A stretch of 64,000 bases of DNA from an uncultured virus (IMG/VR IMGVR_UViG_3300044638_007755) (IMGVR_UViG_3300044638_007755); one strand, 5' to 3'; shown: positions 12,501-21,315, counted from the stretch's first letter. Numbers and translations are program-made. Notes: generated by a model not told the origin, from the letters alone.

Positions 12501-14216
12501 TCATTAACTGAAGATGGACAGACTACAACCACAGTTACTCCTATAGAAAATAATAATGGAGCTTTAGGTTATGCCTGCTCTCTCAAAGATATTAAGAATA
12601 TTTTCTTGAATGGGGGATTCAAATTTATTCGTCATCCTAATATGACAGATGCACAATACGAAACTCTGCTTGAAGCGTTAACGAATACTGTAGCAGATAT
12701 TCCTGACACTGCTATGCAAATTATTTTTATTAAATGTCCTCATTTAGCATCCGAAGAACTATCTAGCGTTAGATATGGAGAAATAATTTTTGATGAAGAC
12801 TACATACAAGCAGCACCAACCAACCATTTAGATCAAGAGACTATTACTACTGTGGTGACTAGGCTTAATTCCTTAGAGTCTAATAATATAGATATAACCA
12901 GCGAGATAGGTAAACCTGCTCGAACTTCAAATATTATCAATGTGGGTAGTATTTCTGACTTAGAAAATCACTATAATTCTTTAGAAGAAGACCCACTATC
13001 GTGCTATCAAAAATCAAATTCTAGTAATAGATCTTCTTGTTATAAAAGATTAACTAAACAAGCAATACTTAATAGATATAAAGAAAGAAATGATCTCATA
13101 AGACTATTACAAAATCAAACGACTAGAACAACAGATGCAGACGGAAATGTTACTTATACAGCCAAAACATCCAATTCGAGTATTTTACCATATACTAGAG
13201 TATCGGTAACACCAGCTAATCAAAACAGTAATAATACTGTAGGAGAAGGTTCTTTATCTATTACATATGAAGACATATCTGATAATTATTATTGGATAAA
13301 TATCGACCCAAAACAATCTTGTAGTATTGCTGAAGAAGACTGTCCTAAAATTTTAATCAAAACTCAATATGTATGTGGATACGCTAATGCTGCTAGTGGA
13401 CCACTAGACAACAATATTTGTCCTGGCAATATGTTAGCTGGTGGTCAAATACCTGTATCTGGTGGGGCTGTTAGTCTCGGAGCGGGATCTATTCCTGGAG
13501 GTTTGTTTGGAAGTGATATGAGGATTACATATGAAATTCCACAAGTTACTATTGACAAACAAAAACAAGAATATGAAACTAAATATCCTAATATCAAATG
13601 GAAAACTAATCATATTGTTGAACGAACTTTTTTTGTTAATGACGATTTCGCCGCCGGTACTCAAGACCTTGTTGTAAGAGCAACAGAAACCTATCTTTTA
13701 GCCGTTCCTTGTCATATTAAAACTGACAACAATCCAATTCCGACTAGTTGCTATAAAAACGATGGGTCTGCGGATGTCAGTAAGGGATTAGCTGGTCCAT
13801 TTGGTTCTAGACAGAATACCCTAACTAGAGTTTACAATATTTTTAATTTAGACGATCAAAATACACTTAAGGTTAGATTCCGAAAAGTTCCTAGACAAGT
13901 TAGATCCATAGATTATTATACTACAGTATACAAATATGGTAGCGCTGGAACTGAGTTTAGACCTAACTCCAGTTTTGAGTCTCCACCGGAACTAAATATT
14001 GGTCAAAGTTTAAATAATTATTTTTATGTATGGCAGTGTTTGCAGAAAGACCAAAATAATCAACTACAATATAGCACAACTCCAGATTTTTTAAAGTTAC
14101 AAAATGAAATGTTGTATAGAGCCTTTTTTGGTAGCGTTGATGGCATAGAGAATAAAACAGATGAGTTAAAGAGTTTGTCTCCATGGGAACTTATTCCATA
14201 TGAATACGACATATAA
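6588..14216 (+). CDS. Giant putative tail fibre/adhesin-like virion protein (2542 aa)
   Basis: Long ORF containing a PKD/Ig-like stretch (YWEQIGGP...DTGEYKIQCTVSTPNG), proprotein-convertase P-domain-like motifs (IQDLEVKLNF...NLVIWL...SLCSWEIIL) and Gly-rich hydrophobic segments. Confidence 0.55.
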   Translation: MTLINTVDNCEIFDKFLIDDLIGHSIEEDSSGPYIKYVDGQIARVAMRDADLVSLKNTSLGQSSIANVWYPIFITDDTFISTKQLSADGAIKNANPALTSARLGIEDFITFKPQFQNWLTTDSSLMTVDWILNQVYFPYSLQYGLLGWVKTIPNTSVDFLGNAGSIDKFPIGARLQTNSGALNNIPLIKLDNNTLYRVDKDNELIKSSTTITDLLDISFDSVSLVKVSDLGSNPVFYLSSTDISSSSNSIFGGPDKTLLWVSNGDFFSYFENEQDRQQEQLSKNIISKSYLSPALYSTYTQIYNIVTANEIRRLDRGMNLKKARLVKKISFILSTSPLMTDFGINSLNMPEIRTYIDNYINGNGANTITNEILDLKNVVVNIHKFLQTYTDNTGKAVNLGNPISYKTTTDNIIYTKSQLLKKLINKYGATLKLSGDTFLRYKNLLPNGDSVYISQIAKHFCDKSLVGTAIYPAMSPKPRPTTVFNNTTIELSDIKIKSIISDTESQISLNKSNEIKVLPLSDIGKEVFQDFTINIVMAETTNVKKKYRQDNQDGVTINRYVANNYIFETEKIAITNNDGSINDTRIKFAAINISSFLESKVSAYWEQIGGPCLKFSDSNKTAETLSGKPNLLFEQARYDSSTQLDPFVYLRDTGEYKIQCTVSTPNGTFVKKKTFYVVNGTQKDPDRKLSTIPSYGKYAPEGTIYNAGIGQFCYPENPNIPVEGLSPGPINTIEAQPILITSDHLKIICSSLSEIAVHKSGLFWPMKTLYKYTTINGEFTLEGTAKFSFGSSVPDTGVGNKNSQLNIAYNTNNTTIKLFKVVLKNTRNNTDCGQCLSFFYPNSYSTSAIIPGTRPLERRAVVLRGEKIPDGITLKKITWNSQTNQISNTTEFVNFGYPPISTLNAPPIKTYGGYSRGIINDIGVVIPDHVRPPLNAAEFFPAGVAAVPNILPVVTGYKLDYKADSIPGQPINNSIKLCYQQATTQTDSYIEFHKGVFHPSSGWIQAPSEEFNTHANLSSVLKFNPGARESFSFTGPGLINLKSTYNSNFENIPNVYKSSIKLNIASPIHWDPFKSNCVPVDPEDLKEHEKNNQINKELADQYSGGSTYLHHGYRYLNGGLPKTAELGISTNSEVVDEFGFEANKASCQPGESLTNINSATYTYSFAVTGPSNPIGSDKGLRNPRINTLNIQDLEVKLNFLNYVNTKNLVIWLDVSPSAESRKQLAQSKSGKAQCPITRADGFIDKKFPNGLYGKPNFYSHCGESVKTTIPNTGVAEYLSDLIDMNSTYTWVEPLRLYLLNKEHIQNNKFNMSIKFSDHASKYNVPFDQNSLTSEGIGLQQNIINDNYEIQPTIASTGYSDISSVLYQNIIRNNQLNVVNNHFAKFKNRSLFINPPAEDDKSCPIHPTYDSSTVFTLNIMVLDDYDEMKLYDMVNNNSLLTGYDTPDVKQRSAEIFNSLCSWEIILHTDKTRKYVASKGGDLDAYGNTDPLALIEYGKEPRYPGYGFIADMSNKKHLLPNVNLNAPYVYINDSSLCDFADPDNRPKASMIRPPTFPTDAILNIMVGTTSGFASGGGGLIGATMGFGASYSSGFNQIMEYFASNRLYNNITEKARFAYAPRYSNFPFGSPEKILLNVSKDGGIWYKLEASVFKYKNTPVLEHNKYKFVKLGRGTMPGLSEFAMESVTDVGQLLDNNMFINISLGELDLINAQEGTESNVSYLASKIKDIDKISSLADGTLFQLTCTVPLAQDYLGGFYIKDNDTIYRITKSGSRDSDLPLEPGRLVSSNKILSHNNILSYKTNIFNSPLNNLVLLEGKIPFYVFGVSDTVNIYNESTRDSTDPVSVIINQKGLIIKDNRYYTVLELSASINTNNLISHVSNSDTIVVFKPQTTKITEQPINVWGLEKEQIHQTVPDTQFSTTGLGAYGNGSPFKNKEILTYKLQKNQLKTIYELFNNHINDRFKFNNMTIFTESLTEDGQTTTTVTPIENNNGALGYACSLKDIKNIFLNGGFKFIRHPNMTDAQYETLLEALTNTVADIPDTAMQIIFIKCPHLASEELSSVRYGEIIFDEDYIQAAPTNHLDQETITTVVTRLNSLESNNIDITSEIGKPARTSNIINVGSISDLENHYNSLEEDPLSCYQKSNSSNRSSCYKRLTKQAILNRYKERNDLIRLLQNQTTRTTDADGNVTYTAKTSNSSILPYTRVSVTPANQNSNNTVGEGSLSITYEDISDNYYWINIDPKQSCSIAEEDCPKILIKTQYVCGYANAASGPLDNNICPGNMLAGGQIPVSGGAVSLGAGSIPGGLFGSDMRITYEIPQVTIDKQKQEYETKYPNIKWKTNHIVERTFFVNDDFAAGTQDLVVRATETYLLAVPCHIKTDNNPIPTSCYKNDGSADVSKGLAGPFGSRQNTLTRVYNIFNLDDQNTLKVRFRKVPRQVRSIDYYTTVYKYGSAGTEFRPNSSFESPPELNIGQSLNNYFYVWQCLQKDQNNQLQYSTTPDFLKLQNEMLYRAFFGSVDGIENKTDELKSLSPWELIPYEYDI

Positions 14217-14604
14217 TATCTTTTGTGAGTTTATAACACTTGATAATATTCACTACGAATGCAAAAACTGTGGAATAAAAATAACTGTTCAGGATCCTAT
14301 CGATTCTCCACCGATGTTTCCGTGTAAAAAATCTTTGCAAAGATCATTAGAGGATAAAATTTCTTTTTCCCAAAAGATTAAGAACTTTGCTGGTGCTGCA
14401 ATTAATCATTTAAAAACAGGAATGCCTACCTGTACAGAAGAACAGATTATTAAAAGACATGACATCTGTATGACTTGTGAATTCTTTAAAGAAGACACAT
14501 GTACAAAATGTGGGTGTCCCTTATTTCGTAACAAAATGTTTGCTAGTAAATTGGCTTGGGCGGATCAAGAGTGTCCAGTTGGAAAGTGGAAAAAAGAGAT
14601 CTAA
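14200..14604 (+). CDS. Cys-rich, probably Zn-binding protein (DUF6171-like C-terminus)
   Basis: CKNC plus RHDICMTCEFF...CTKCGC...KLAWADQECPVGKW. Overlaps the end of the giant ORF. Confidence 0.65.
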   Translation: MNTTYNIFCEFITLDNIHYECKNCGIKITVQDPIDSPPMFPCKKSLQRSLEDKISFSQKIKNFAGAAINHLKTGMPTCTEEQIIKRHDICMTCEFFKEDTCTKCGCPLFRNKMFASKLAWADQECPVGKWKKEI

Positions 14605-14605
14605 A

Positions 14606-14941
14606 TTACTTCTTAGCTTCTTTTCCGTCCGGTACCCACTTGTGCCATCCCTTGTTGGGTAGATATGTTCCTTCGTCATCTTTGCGCTTTGGAAATAAAG
14701 TACCACCCTTTTTGTGTTGACCAAATGATAAGACAGCACTACATTCATTACATCTTAGTTCATAATAGTCATTACTATCAACATTTCTAACTACGAACTT
14801 AAAGTTATTTTTACCACAAGCTCCGCATTTGTCTTCGCTGAAGATTTCTTGTATTAAGGAGAGTTCTTTGAATACTTCCTTTTGTCCAGATCCTTCAAGT
14901 TCAAACTGTAGCTTATCATTAGCCTTATAAGTAACTTTCAT
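14606..14941 (-). CDS. Zinc-ribbon hypothetical protein
   Basis: CGAC...CNEC. Last gene of the long minus-strand block, ending 1 nt from the convergent + gene. Confidence 0.7.
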   Translation of the reverse strand: MKVTYKANDKLQFELEGSGQKEVFKELSLIQEIFSEDKCGACGKNNFKFVVRNVDSNDYYELRCNECSAVLSFGQHKKGGTLFPKRKDDEGTYLPNKGWHKWVPDGKEAKK

Positions 14942-14943
14942 GT

Positions 14944-15684
14944 TTATTTCCAGTCGCTAGAGTAACCTAAAATGTTTTCGGGAATTTCCGATATATTCTG
15001 TTGGAATTTAGATAACTGCCTAATTACTTTAACAGCATCTTCATGCAATAAATTGTAGATATTATCTGTTACCAATTGATTGCTTTCCAACAGCTTAATT
15101 ACACTTATATTAAGTCTTTGTGCCATTACGTCAACAAAATTTATTTGATTATGGCTAATCTTGGATACAGAATTTTGATCAGGATGATCCTCCATGTCCT
15201 TGGCAATTTCTTCTGCTGCCACAACTTTTCTAAGCCTTAGTGCTCGTCTTAGTGCTCTACCTTCAGCCCGAGTTTCTGCAACAGCAACGGGATGATTACG
15301 ATAGATCTTGTCACAATTCCCCCAATAAACGTCAGCAGAGCCACTTACAGACCTGTATTTAAACTCAGACTCCTCTGACGGAACATCTTTTAATACATAG
15401 TCAATGGTGTGAACAACAGTAGCTCTTTTTTCGTTGTCAGGGGCCGGAGATTGGACCACATTAGTAGACGCATTAATTACCAGACAATTTAGAGCAATTT
15501 CAAAAACTCTTCTTAATCCATCTGTTGTTGGATTTCCGGCTATTTTTTCATCATCAGATAATAGACCTAATACATAGTCTGTCCATTCTATATCCGTAAT
15601 AATTGGAATACGGACAGCTTCCTGTTCATGTTCAGTTTCTAACTTGTTTTCAACTTTATCTTTTTTGATCATTTTAGTCCTCAA
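14944..15684 (-). CDS. Rad52/Sak-like single-strand annealing protein (putative)
   Basis: AVAETRAEGRALRRAL helix preceded by ATVVHTI...SGSAD strands, resembling the Rad52-fold core of phage annealing proteins. Confidence 0.5.
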   Translation of the reverse strand: MRTKMIKKDKVENKLETEHEQEAVRIPIITDIEWTDYVLGLLSDDEKIAGNPTTDGLRRVFEIALNCLVINASTNVVQSPAPDNEKRATVVHTIDYVLKDVPSEESEFKYRSVSGSADVYWGNCDKIYRNHPVAVAETRAEGRALRRALRLRKVVAAEEIAKDMEDHPDQNSVSKISHNQINFVDVMAQRLNISVIKLLESNQLVTDNIYNLLHEDAVKVIRQLSKFQQNISEIPENILGYSSDWK

Positions 15685-16471
15685 CTATAATTCTTTGTGG
15701 GGTAGTATTAGAATCTATTTGGCTTATTACTTGAATTAATTTATCGTATAGAATTTGTGATCTGGTAGTAGAAAAATCTCGTAGCTGTTTGATCCTAATC
15801 AGATGCCAGCCTTTTCCTAGAATCAATCCTTCCTTTTTTTGATCATAGGAGATATTTTTTTGTAATGCATTTTCTCCCCAAACCGGCAAAAAATGAGAAG
15901 GTCCATCAATCTCAATCGCTGTGTTTATCTTAGGAAGAAACAGGTCGATTTGCAACTTGGTATTTACAAGAGTTTGTTCTTTGTGGAATTCAACATAATA
16001 ACCATCTGCAAGTAATTGTGTCAAAATAAATTTCTCTAACTTAGATCCTACCTTGCTACTTAATCTTACAGCATTAGTTGCTGCTCTTTGCATGTTCTGT
16101 TTTTCTTCTTCACTCAACTTTTGCCAGTTTTCTTTTGCTTTATCTTTTCTTAACTGAAGTTCTTGATCTGTCAATTCTTCCCATGAACTAAGAACTCCAG
16201 AACCTATTTTCTTTTTTATGTCGGCAGACCTTGGCTTACCCTTTGTTGGATGTTTATGTTTGCCAGAAGATAAGGCATTTTTTTGAGCCTCAGATTTATT
16301 TCTAATTTGAATTTGAAGTCTCTTAGCGTCTCTGCGAACCTTATTAGGATATGTCTCATACGCATCAGCTATATCTGCAAAACTTTGTTGTTGTTGAGAA
16401 TATAGTTGATCTAATATGGTATACTTTTCTTCGTCTGACAAATTAGAGTATAAAATTTTTGATTTCTTCAT
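15674..16471 (-). CDS. Vsr/DUF559-like (EDxHD-type) endonuclease with N-terminal HTH and NUMOD3-like motif; free-standing homing-endonuclease-like
   Basis: SKLE...QIDLFLP...AIEIDGPSHF...YDQKK nuclease motifs. HPTKGKPRSADIKKKI is NUMOD3-like. FADIADAYETYPNKVRR is HTH-like. Confidence 0.7.
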   Translation of the reverse strand: MKKSKILYSNLSDEEKYTILDQLYSQQQQSFADIADAYETYPNKVRRDAKRLQIQIRNKSEAQKNALSSGKHKHPTKGKPRSADIKKKIGSGVLSSWEELTDQELQLRKDKAKENWQKLSEEEKQNMQRAATNAVRLSSKVGSKLEKFILTQLLADGYYVEFHKEQTLVNTKLQIDLFLPKINTAIEIDGPSHFLPVWGENALQKNISYDQKKEGLILGKGWHLIRIKQLRDFSTTRSQILYDKLIQVISQIDSNTTPQRIIVED

Positions 16472-16910
16472 AATGAAAATTCTCCGATATTCCTACTGGT
16501 TGTTTCCAACATATGCTGTATATATCATATAGTTGGTGGTTTGGAACAATAATATCAAGATTACTAGACCCATATAACTTTAACCATTCGGTATACTTAG
16601 TAGTTGGCGAAGTAGCCCATGGAGTGTCTTTAGTATAAAGAAATCGTTTTTTAATATTAGTGAAGCTTTGTGTTAAAAGAACACTAGCCAAATCAAACAA
16701 TATAAGATTCCCATTAAAAAACTTAGCATGGTTAAGGTGTAATATTGGCACAGAATGAGTATCTATTTTATCACAAAAACTATTAAATACCACAATTTGA
16801 TTGTATGGTTGATTATCTATAAATTGTCTTGCTGTTTGTAGTAGATTTTCATAAAAACTAGTATTAGTAAGCTTTAGCGATACAAAACCGATATCTGACG
16901 ATTTAAGCAT
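16443..16910 (-). CDS. Hypothetical protein, possibly a GT-B N-terminal-domain-like fragment
   Basis: Overlap-coupled member of the glycosyltransferase cassette with an alpha/beta pattern (KKRFLYTKDTPW, LDIIVPN). Confidence 0.5.
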   Translation of the reverse strand: MLKSSDIGFVSLKLTNTSFYENLLQTARQFIDNQPYNQIVVFNSFCDKIDTHSVPILHLNHAKFFNGNLILFDLASVLLTQSFTNIKKRFLYTKDTPWATSPTTKYTEWLKLYGSSNLDIIVPNHQLYDIYSICWKQPVGISENFHYEEIKNFIL

Positions 16911-17631
16911 TTAAAAAATTCTCCATAAAGCTTTTATATGTTTGACATTGTTTTTTATGTTTATATTTTTTGGGTTGTATTAGGTCTAATTCCTCTATAG
17001 TCAAAACATCGCATCCTCCAGCCCAAGCTTCAGCAAGATAGTGCTCGTCAATAGTAAGATAATATCGAACCTGTTGCAGCATAGATGCTTTGTCTATCTC
17101 TGATAGAGTTCCTAGGTTTTGATGATGTTTTATGTTACTATTATTAAATAATTTAATTGGTAGCTTTGTCATTGGATATAAATATTGATTTAATGAGTCA
17201 GGAATTTTATCTAAATGATCTATAAAACAAATAATAGAATTATGTCTGTTTGGCGATTGATTGAGACTATTAAAGAGTTCTTCGTTCACTAGTTTAGGTA
17301 GTATAATAGAATTATCTTTAGAGATATGATTCTGTTTGTTTCTTAAGATAAAAGTAACCTTATTCTTATATAGCTCTACTATATTAGGACTTATATAAAT
17401 ATCGCTATATACATAGCATTTAATTTCTGCATGATATTCTGACACAAACTGTAGAGTTTCTTGGTCCAGCATAGAAGCCATGAGTATCAAATGACTAAAA
17501 CGATAATTATAGTATAAACCATATAAATTTTGATTTATAGGACCAAACATTATCTGGTGGTTTGGAATCTGTGTTAATTTTATATTATTAACGAACTTAT
17601 TATCCGAATCCTGAATAAATAATATACTCAT
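16903..17631 (-). CDS. Divergent GT-B glycosyltransferase-like protein
   Basis: C-terminal LSEIDKASML...YLAEAWAGGCDV resembles the GT4 E-A-x-x-x-G donor-binding motif. Confidence 0.5.
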   Translation of the reverse strand: MSILFIQDSDNKFVNNIKLTQIPNHQIMFGPINQNLYGLYYNYRFSHLILMASMLDQETLQFVSEYHAEIKCYVYSDIYISPNIVELYKNKVTFILRNKQNHISKDNSIILPKLVNEELFNSLNQSPNRHNSIICFIDHLDKIPDSLNQYLYPMTKLPIKLFNNSNIKHHQNLGTLSEIDKASMLQQVRYYLTIDEHYLAEAWAGGCDVLTIEELDLIQPKKYKHKKQCQTYKSFMENFLNA

Positions 17632-18302
17632 ATAAATAATTTAGCCCTATTTATGTCTTTTGTACTAGATATTTTAAAAAACTTGCTTCTAGAAAAATAC
17701 TCTTTCTGAAAATCTATATTCAATAATAATAAATCGTTGATTATTTCAAAAATATACATCTGATCTATATTTTTCTGTTCTATTAAAGTTTTCAATCCTC
17801 CGATTCCGGAAAGATCGAAATACACACACTCTGCCCAAGGCTCTGGTAAATCATAAAACAAATATTCAATATTTTTATTGGGATTACATCCTATGTTAAA
17901 ATTATTGGCTGGTTTGTCTAATATAAAAATTCTAGATATATTACCAAAAGAACTTTGCGAAAAAATATTCTCTTTAAAAAGAATACCGCTCCCGATCACA
18001 AATAAATTATCAATATTCGGATTTTGTTGTATGAATAATTTTATACATTTACCATAATTAGTATTTTCATATTGATCATTATATATGATATTAATATTTT
18101 TGTATTTATCTATAGTTTTATTTATTTTGTCATTATCAAATCCTGTTGCAATATTAATAGAGACTTTATTCTTCATAGAAAGCAATAGTTCGATTTGGTG
18201 TTCTATGATAGATTTAGAGTTTTTAATTTTTAACAAAGATTTTGATCCAATGGATTTCATTCCCTTTGTTATTTCTGGTATTAAAACTAAAACATTAATC
18301 AT
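17628..18302 (-). CDS. Nucleotidyltransferase-fold protein (LicC/GlmU/MobA-like), divergent
   Basis: KGMKSIGSKSLLKI...IIEHQIE...IATGF...IIYNDQYENTN pattern. The usual LAAGxG loop is replaced by LIPEIT. Confidence 0.65.
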   Translation of the reverse strand: MINVLVLIPEITKGMKSIGSKSLLKIKNSKSIIEHQIELLLSMKNKVSINIATGFDNDKINKTIDKYKNINIIYNDQYENTNYGKCIKLFIQQNPNIDNLFVIGSGILFKENIFSQSSFGNISRIFILDKPANNFNIGCNPNKNIEYLFYDLPEPWAECVYFDLSGIGGLKTLIEQKNIDQMYIFEIINDLLLLNIDFQKEYFSRSKFFKISSTKDINRAKLFI

Positions 18303-19047
18303 AATAAGCTGTTACTGTTGTTCCTAATTGCTTTATGCCATCTGCTAAGGAAGAGGAAATATGTTTAATAATGTGTTTGTATGTGGCAACAGACATCAAT
18401 AAATTATGGAAATTATCGCTTGATAAGATTTGAGAGCCAACAAAATTACAAACAGGCTGCTCTATATTTACGATATAGTTAATTTTAGATACAATATCAG
18501 ACTCAGCTATATATTGCATATCAGATGATCTATTAATCCAGATAAACTGTGTTTTATCAAGAATAGGACTCGTATCTAAAGCAACCTTTAAAGCAAGACT
18601 ATGATCCATGTCTTTATTTATTAAATTGTGCAGTTTCCACCTTATATCCGAACCAATGTTAGTTTTGATAACTTCTATAAGATCAGCCATATCAGATGCA
18701 TAGGCTAATATAGAAACAAAATCAGGTTTAATCGATAAAGAATTGATATGTAAGCATAATGCTTCAATATTAGTCTCGTCTTCTAAATCTATGACAAGAT
18801 AATATTTTATTAGATTTCTATGTCGAATATAGTTCATCAAATCAATTTCTTCAAACTTATCCTTATTGGCGTAATATGTTTTTTTAGATAGGCCATACTT
18901 ACAGTGATAGTTTGGAATATAGTTATAATTGTCTTTAGTTTCTATATCTCTAGTATTTTTTATACTATCAATAAGATTAAAATCACATGACTTAATAGAA
19001 TTAATTGAATGAGCAAAAACACAGTCCTTACAAGATGTTGCTGTCAT
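18295..19047 (-). CDS. Hypothetical protein with N-terminal Cys cluster
   Basis: TSCKDCVF...C...C at the N-terminus. Coupled to both neighbours by overlaps. Confidence 0.6.
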   Translation of the reverse strand: MTATSCKDCVFAHSINSIKSCDFNLIDSIKNTRDIETKDNYNYIPNYHCKYGLSKKTYYANKDKFEEIDLMNYIRHRNLIKYYLVIDLEDETNIEALCLHINSLSIKPDFVSILAYASDMADLIEVIKTNIGSDIRWKLHNLINKDMDHSLALKVALDTSPILDKTQFIWINRSSDMQYIAESDIVSKINYIVNIEQPVCNFVGSQILSSDNFHNLLMSVATYKHIIKHISSSLADGIKQLGTTVTAYYD

Positions 19048-19457
19048 ATTTTTGTCCTTTGAATAACTACAGAAATAGTATTTTGATCAGTATCGATTTT
19101 CATAATTTGAAAATGTTTAGTGTCTATTAAAGAATATATATTATCTATACTAATAAAATTATTTTTGTCTTTGATTAGTGATAAGAAAACTTGGTTTGAA
19201 ATAGTATTTTGTAAGTACTCTGAGCAAAGTTTTTTTATGTCTAAGATATTTAATATCAGATATCCATTAGGTCGGATTTTGTTTAATATTTCTACAAATT
19301 TTTTAGACAAATCTTCTGCTGCTATAGACTCTAAAGAATCGCAAAAAATAGTATCGACAGACAAATTAACAACACTAGAAATAGTAGATATGTCTACTGG
19401 TTCAGCATCTGATACTTGTTTACTGTGAATATTACACAAATGAATATTACGTTTCAT
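19044..19457 (-). CDS. Degenerate class I SAM methyltransferase-like protein
   Basis: SVDTIFCDSLESI...EILNKIRPNGYLIL matches the second half of Methyltransf_11-like domains. The GxG motif I is not evident. Confidence 0.45.
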   Translation of the reverse strand: MKRNIHLCNIHSKQVSDAEPVDISTISSVVNLSVDTIFCDSLESIAAEDLSKKFVEILNKIRPNGYLILNILDIKKLCSEYLQNTISNQVFLSLIKDKNNFISIDNIYSLIDTKHFQIMKIDTDQNTISVVIQRTKI

Positions 19458-20323
19458 ATTATGAATGGCTCCATTTTGATTCTATTAAATAGTTTTGTCA
19501 TATTATCTATAAAGATGTTCATTGAATAATTCATTATAATGTACTCTTTATCTTTTTCAATTAAATCGGTATTAGCGTTATTAATAATATCCGATAGTAA
19601 TTCTTTTGCGTCTCTAAAATTCTGTGTAACCAAGCAAGACTTAATTGAATCATCACTAATCTGATTAGTTACAGTGAAGCACCCACAAGCTGTTGCACAT
19701 AGGGCGTTGAATGGATGTGCTAAATCTATAACTATTTTATAGTTGGATATTAATTTAAGTGTTTCTTCTAAACTGTTATTTACTAATTTGTTTATTAAAA
19801 TAGCATCAGGGAAAAATGTTTTAATACTAGCAAATAAATTATTTACATTTGTATCATCATTAAAATTCATAAATAAAACAGTATTTCTGTTTTTAAATGG
19901 TATTAATTCATGTTTTATACTTGGTATTCCATAATTAATAGTTATTGATTTTTTATCTTGTATTCCCCACTCGTCTGCAATAACGCTGGTTGGAAATATT
20001 TTATAGGCAGAAGACAAATTGTTTCTTAATATCGTTTTATCTTCTTTTTTAAATACATTTGGGGTTTTTTGATGAAAGATTACAACGTCTTGAGTTTGAT
20101 GATTGTGTAAGAATTTATTTCTATAATTTACATGAGAGAAAAAATTACTGGTTACATAAGCATCATAGTAAAAATACTTAGAAGAAGCTGATTCTGTTCG
20201 TAATATTGTTGCGTCTATTTCAGGAAATACAACATCAAATAAGCTTTGATTTGGTTCATATAATATATTAATATTACTATCTAATAATTTATTAAGCGTA
20301 TTATAGACAAAGTTAGAACTCAT
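19454..20323 (-). CDS. Divergent GT-B glycosyltransferase-like protein
   Basis: ITINYGIP and YKIVIDL...ALCATACGC (degenerate EAxxxG motif). Confidence 0.55.
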   Translation of the reverse strand: MSSNFVYNTLNKLLDSNINILYEPNQSLFDVVFPEIDATILRTESASSKYFYYDAYVTSNFFSHVNYRNKFLHNHQTQDVVIFHQKTPNVFKKEDKTILRNNLSSAYKIFPTSVIADEWGIQDKKSITINYGIPSIKHELIPFKNRNTVLFMNFNDDTNVNNLFASIKTFFPDAILINKLVNNSLEETLKLISNYKIVIDLAHPFNALCATACGCFTVTNQISDDSIKSCLVTQNFRDAKELLSDIINNANTDLIEKDKEYIIMNYSMNIFIDNMTKLFNRIKMEPFII

Positions 20324-21315
20324 AAAAACAATTCCAGAGATTTTGAATTTGGTAAAAACTGACCCTTAGTTGGATTAGATAAAATATTTTGCATAGCTGT
20401 CATTATACTCTGATTAGATGGGACATCGTACCAATGTTTACTAATTTTACTATTTCTTATAGGGGTCATTTGAAACGATAGATTATGGTGTTCAATTGTT
20501 GGCTTATCTAAGGCATACGCATATGCAGAGTTTGCTGTGCTACGAATGTCATCGTTAATATTCAAATACATATCACATATTTTATGACAAGAAACCAGAT
20601 TTTCTATAGTTGGTAAGATTGGTATAATACAAATCTTTTTGAGCGAAGCTATTATATTGAGGCTCTCATATGTTTTATCTATTATCTTTTGTATTTCTTG
20701 TATAGACCCTCCGGAATCTACAACAAATAAAACCAAACATAAGTTTTCATATTTTTGTGTCAAAATAATAAAGTCTATCAAAAGATCGCTATAAAGATCA
20801 GAATTTGCAGCATAATTCGCTATCGTATACATTTTTTTCATATACGAATATGGACCAAAATCATATGTATCATTGCCATAATTAGTATCAACCCCATATT
20901 GAAATAGCTCTATGTTTGAGGTTTGTTCAAGTATGGTAGATAACTTTTGGAAATTTAATGCATTATCAACTAGAATTAAATCACAATTCTTAAGATTGGT
21001 AATAGCTTTATGAGATAAAAATTCACTATCTATAATTGGTATACAAATATTTTTAAGAGATTTATTAGAAACAATATTTTCTGGACGTATATGTTGAATC
21101 AAGCAGTCATATGTTGACTGAATGGTATGTTCTGCTGCCGATATAGCAGAATCGTTATTTCTAGGATTGCGAGTACTTACATTTGATGATTCTAAGTATA
21201 TTGGTCTGCAAGTTACTTGATGGTTTGGATGTTCTAATAGGCTGGATAAAATATTATACGACCACACCCCATTAATTGTATTATCTCTATATGGTCCTAG
21301 ATATATTGTATTCAT
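20320..21315 (-). CDS. Divergent GT4-like glycosyltransferase
   Basis: YLGPYRD...G N-terminus, YDCLIQH and HKICDMYLN...AYALDKPTI. Lacks the EGFG/EX7E motif. Confidence 0.55.
   Translation of the reverse strand: MNTIYLGPYRDNTINGVWSYNILSSLLEHPNHQVTCRPIYLESSNVSTRNPRNNDSAISAAEHTIQSTYDCLIQHIRPENIVSNKSLKNICIPIIDSEFLSHKAITNLKNCDLILVDNALNFQKLSTILEQTSNIELFQYGVDTNYGNDTYDFGPYSYMKKMYTIANYAANSDLYSDLLIDFIILTQKYENLCLVLFVVDSGGSIQEIQKIIDKTYESLNIIASLKKICIIPILPTIENLVSCHKICDMYLNINDDIRSTANSAYAYALDKPTIEHHNLSFQMTPIRNSKISKHWYDVPSNQSIMTAMQNILSNPTKGQFLPNSKSLELFL

Noticed and set aside
14590..14625. Bidirectional terminator at the convergent junction
   Set aside because: The stop codons are 1 nt apart and no convincing hairpin is present.
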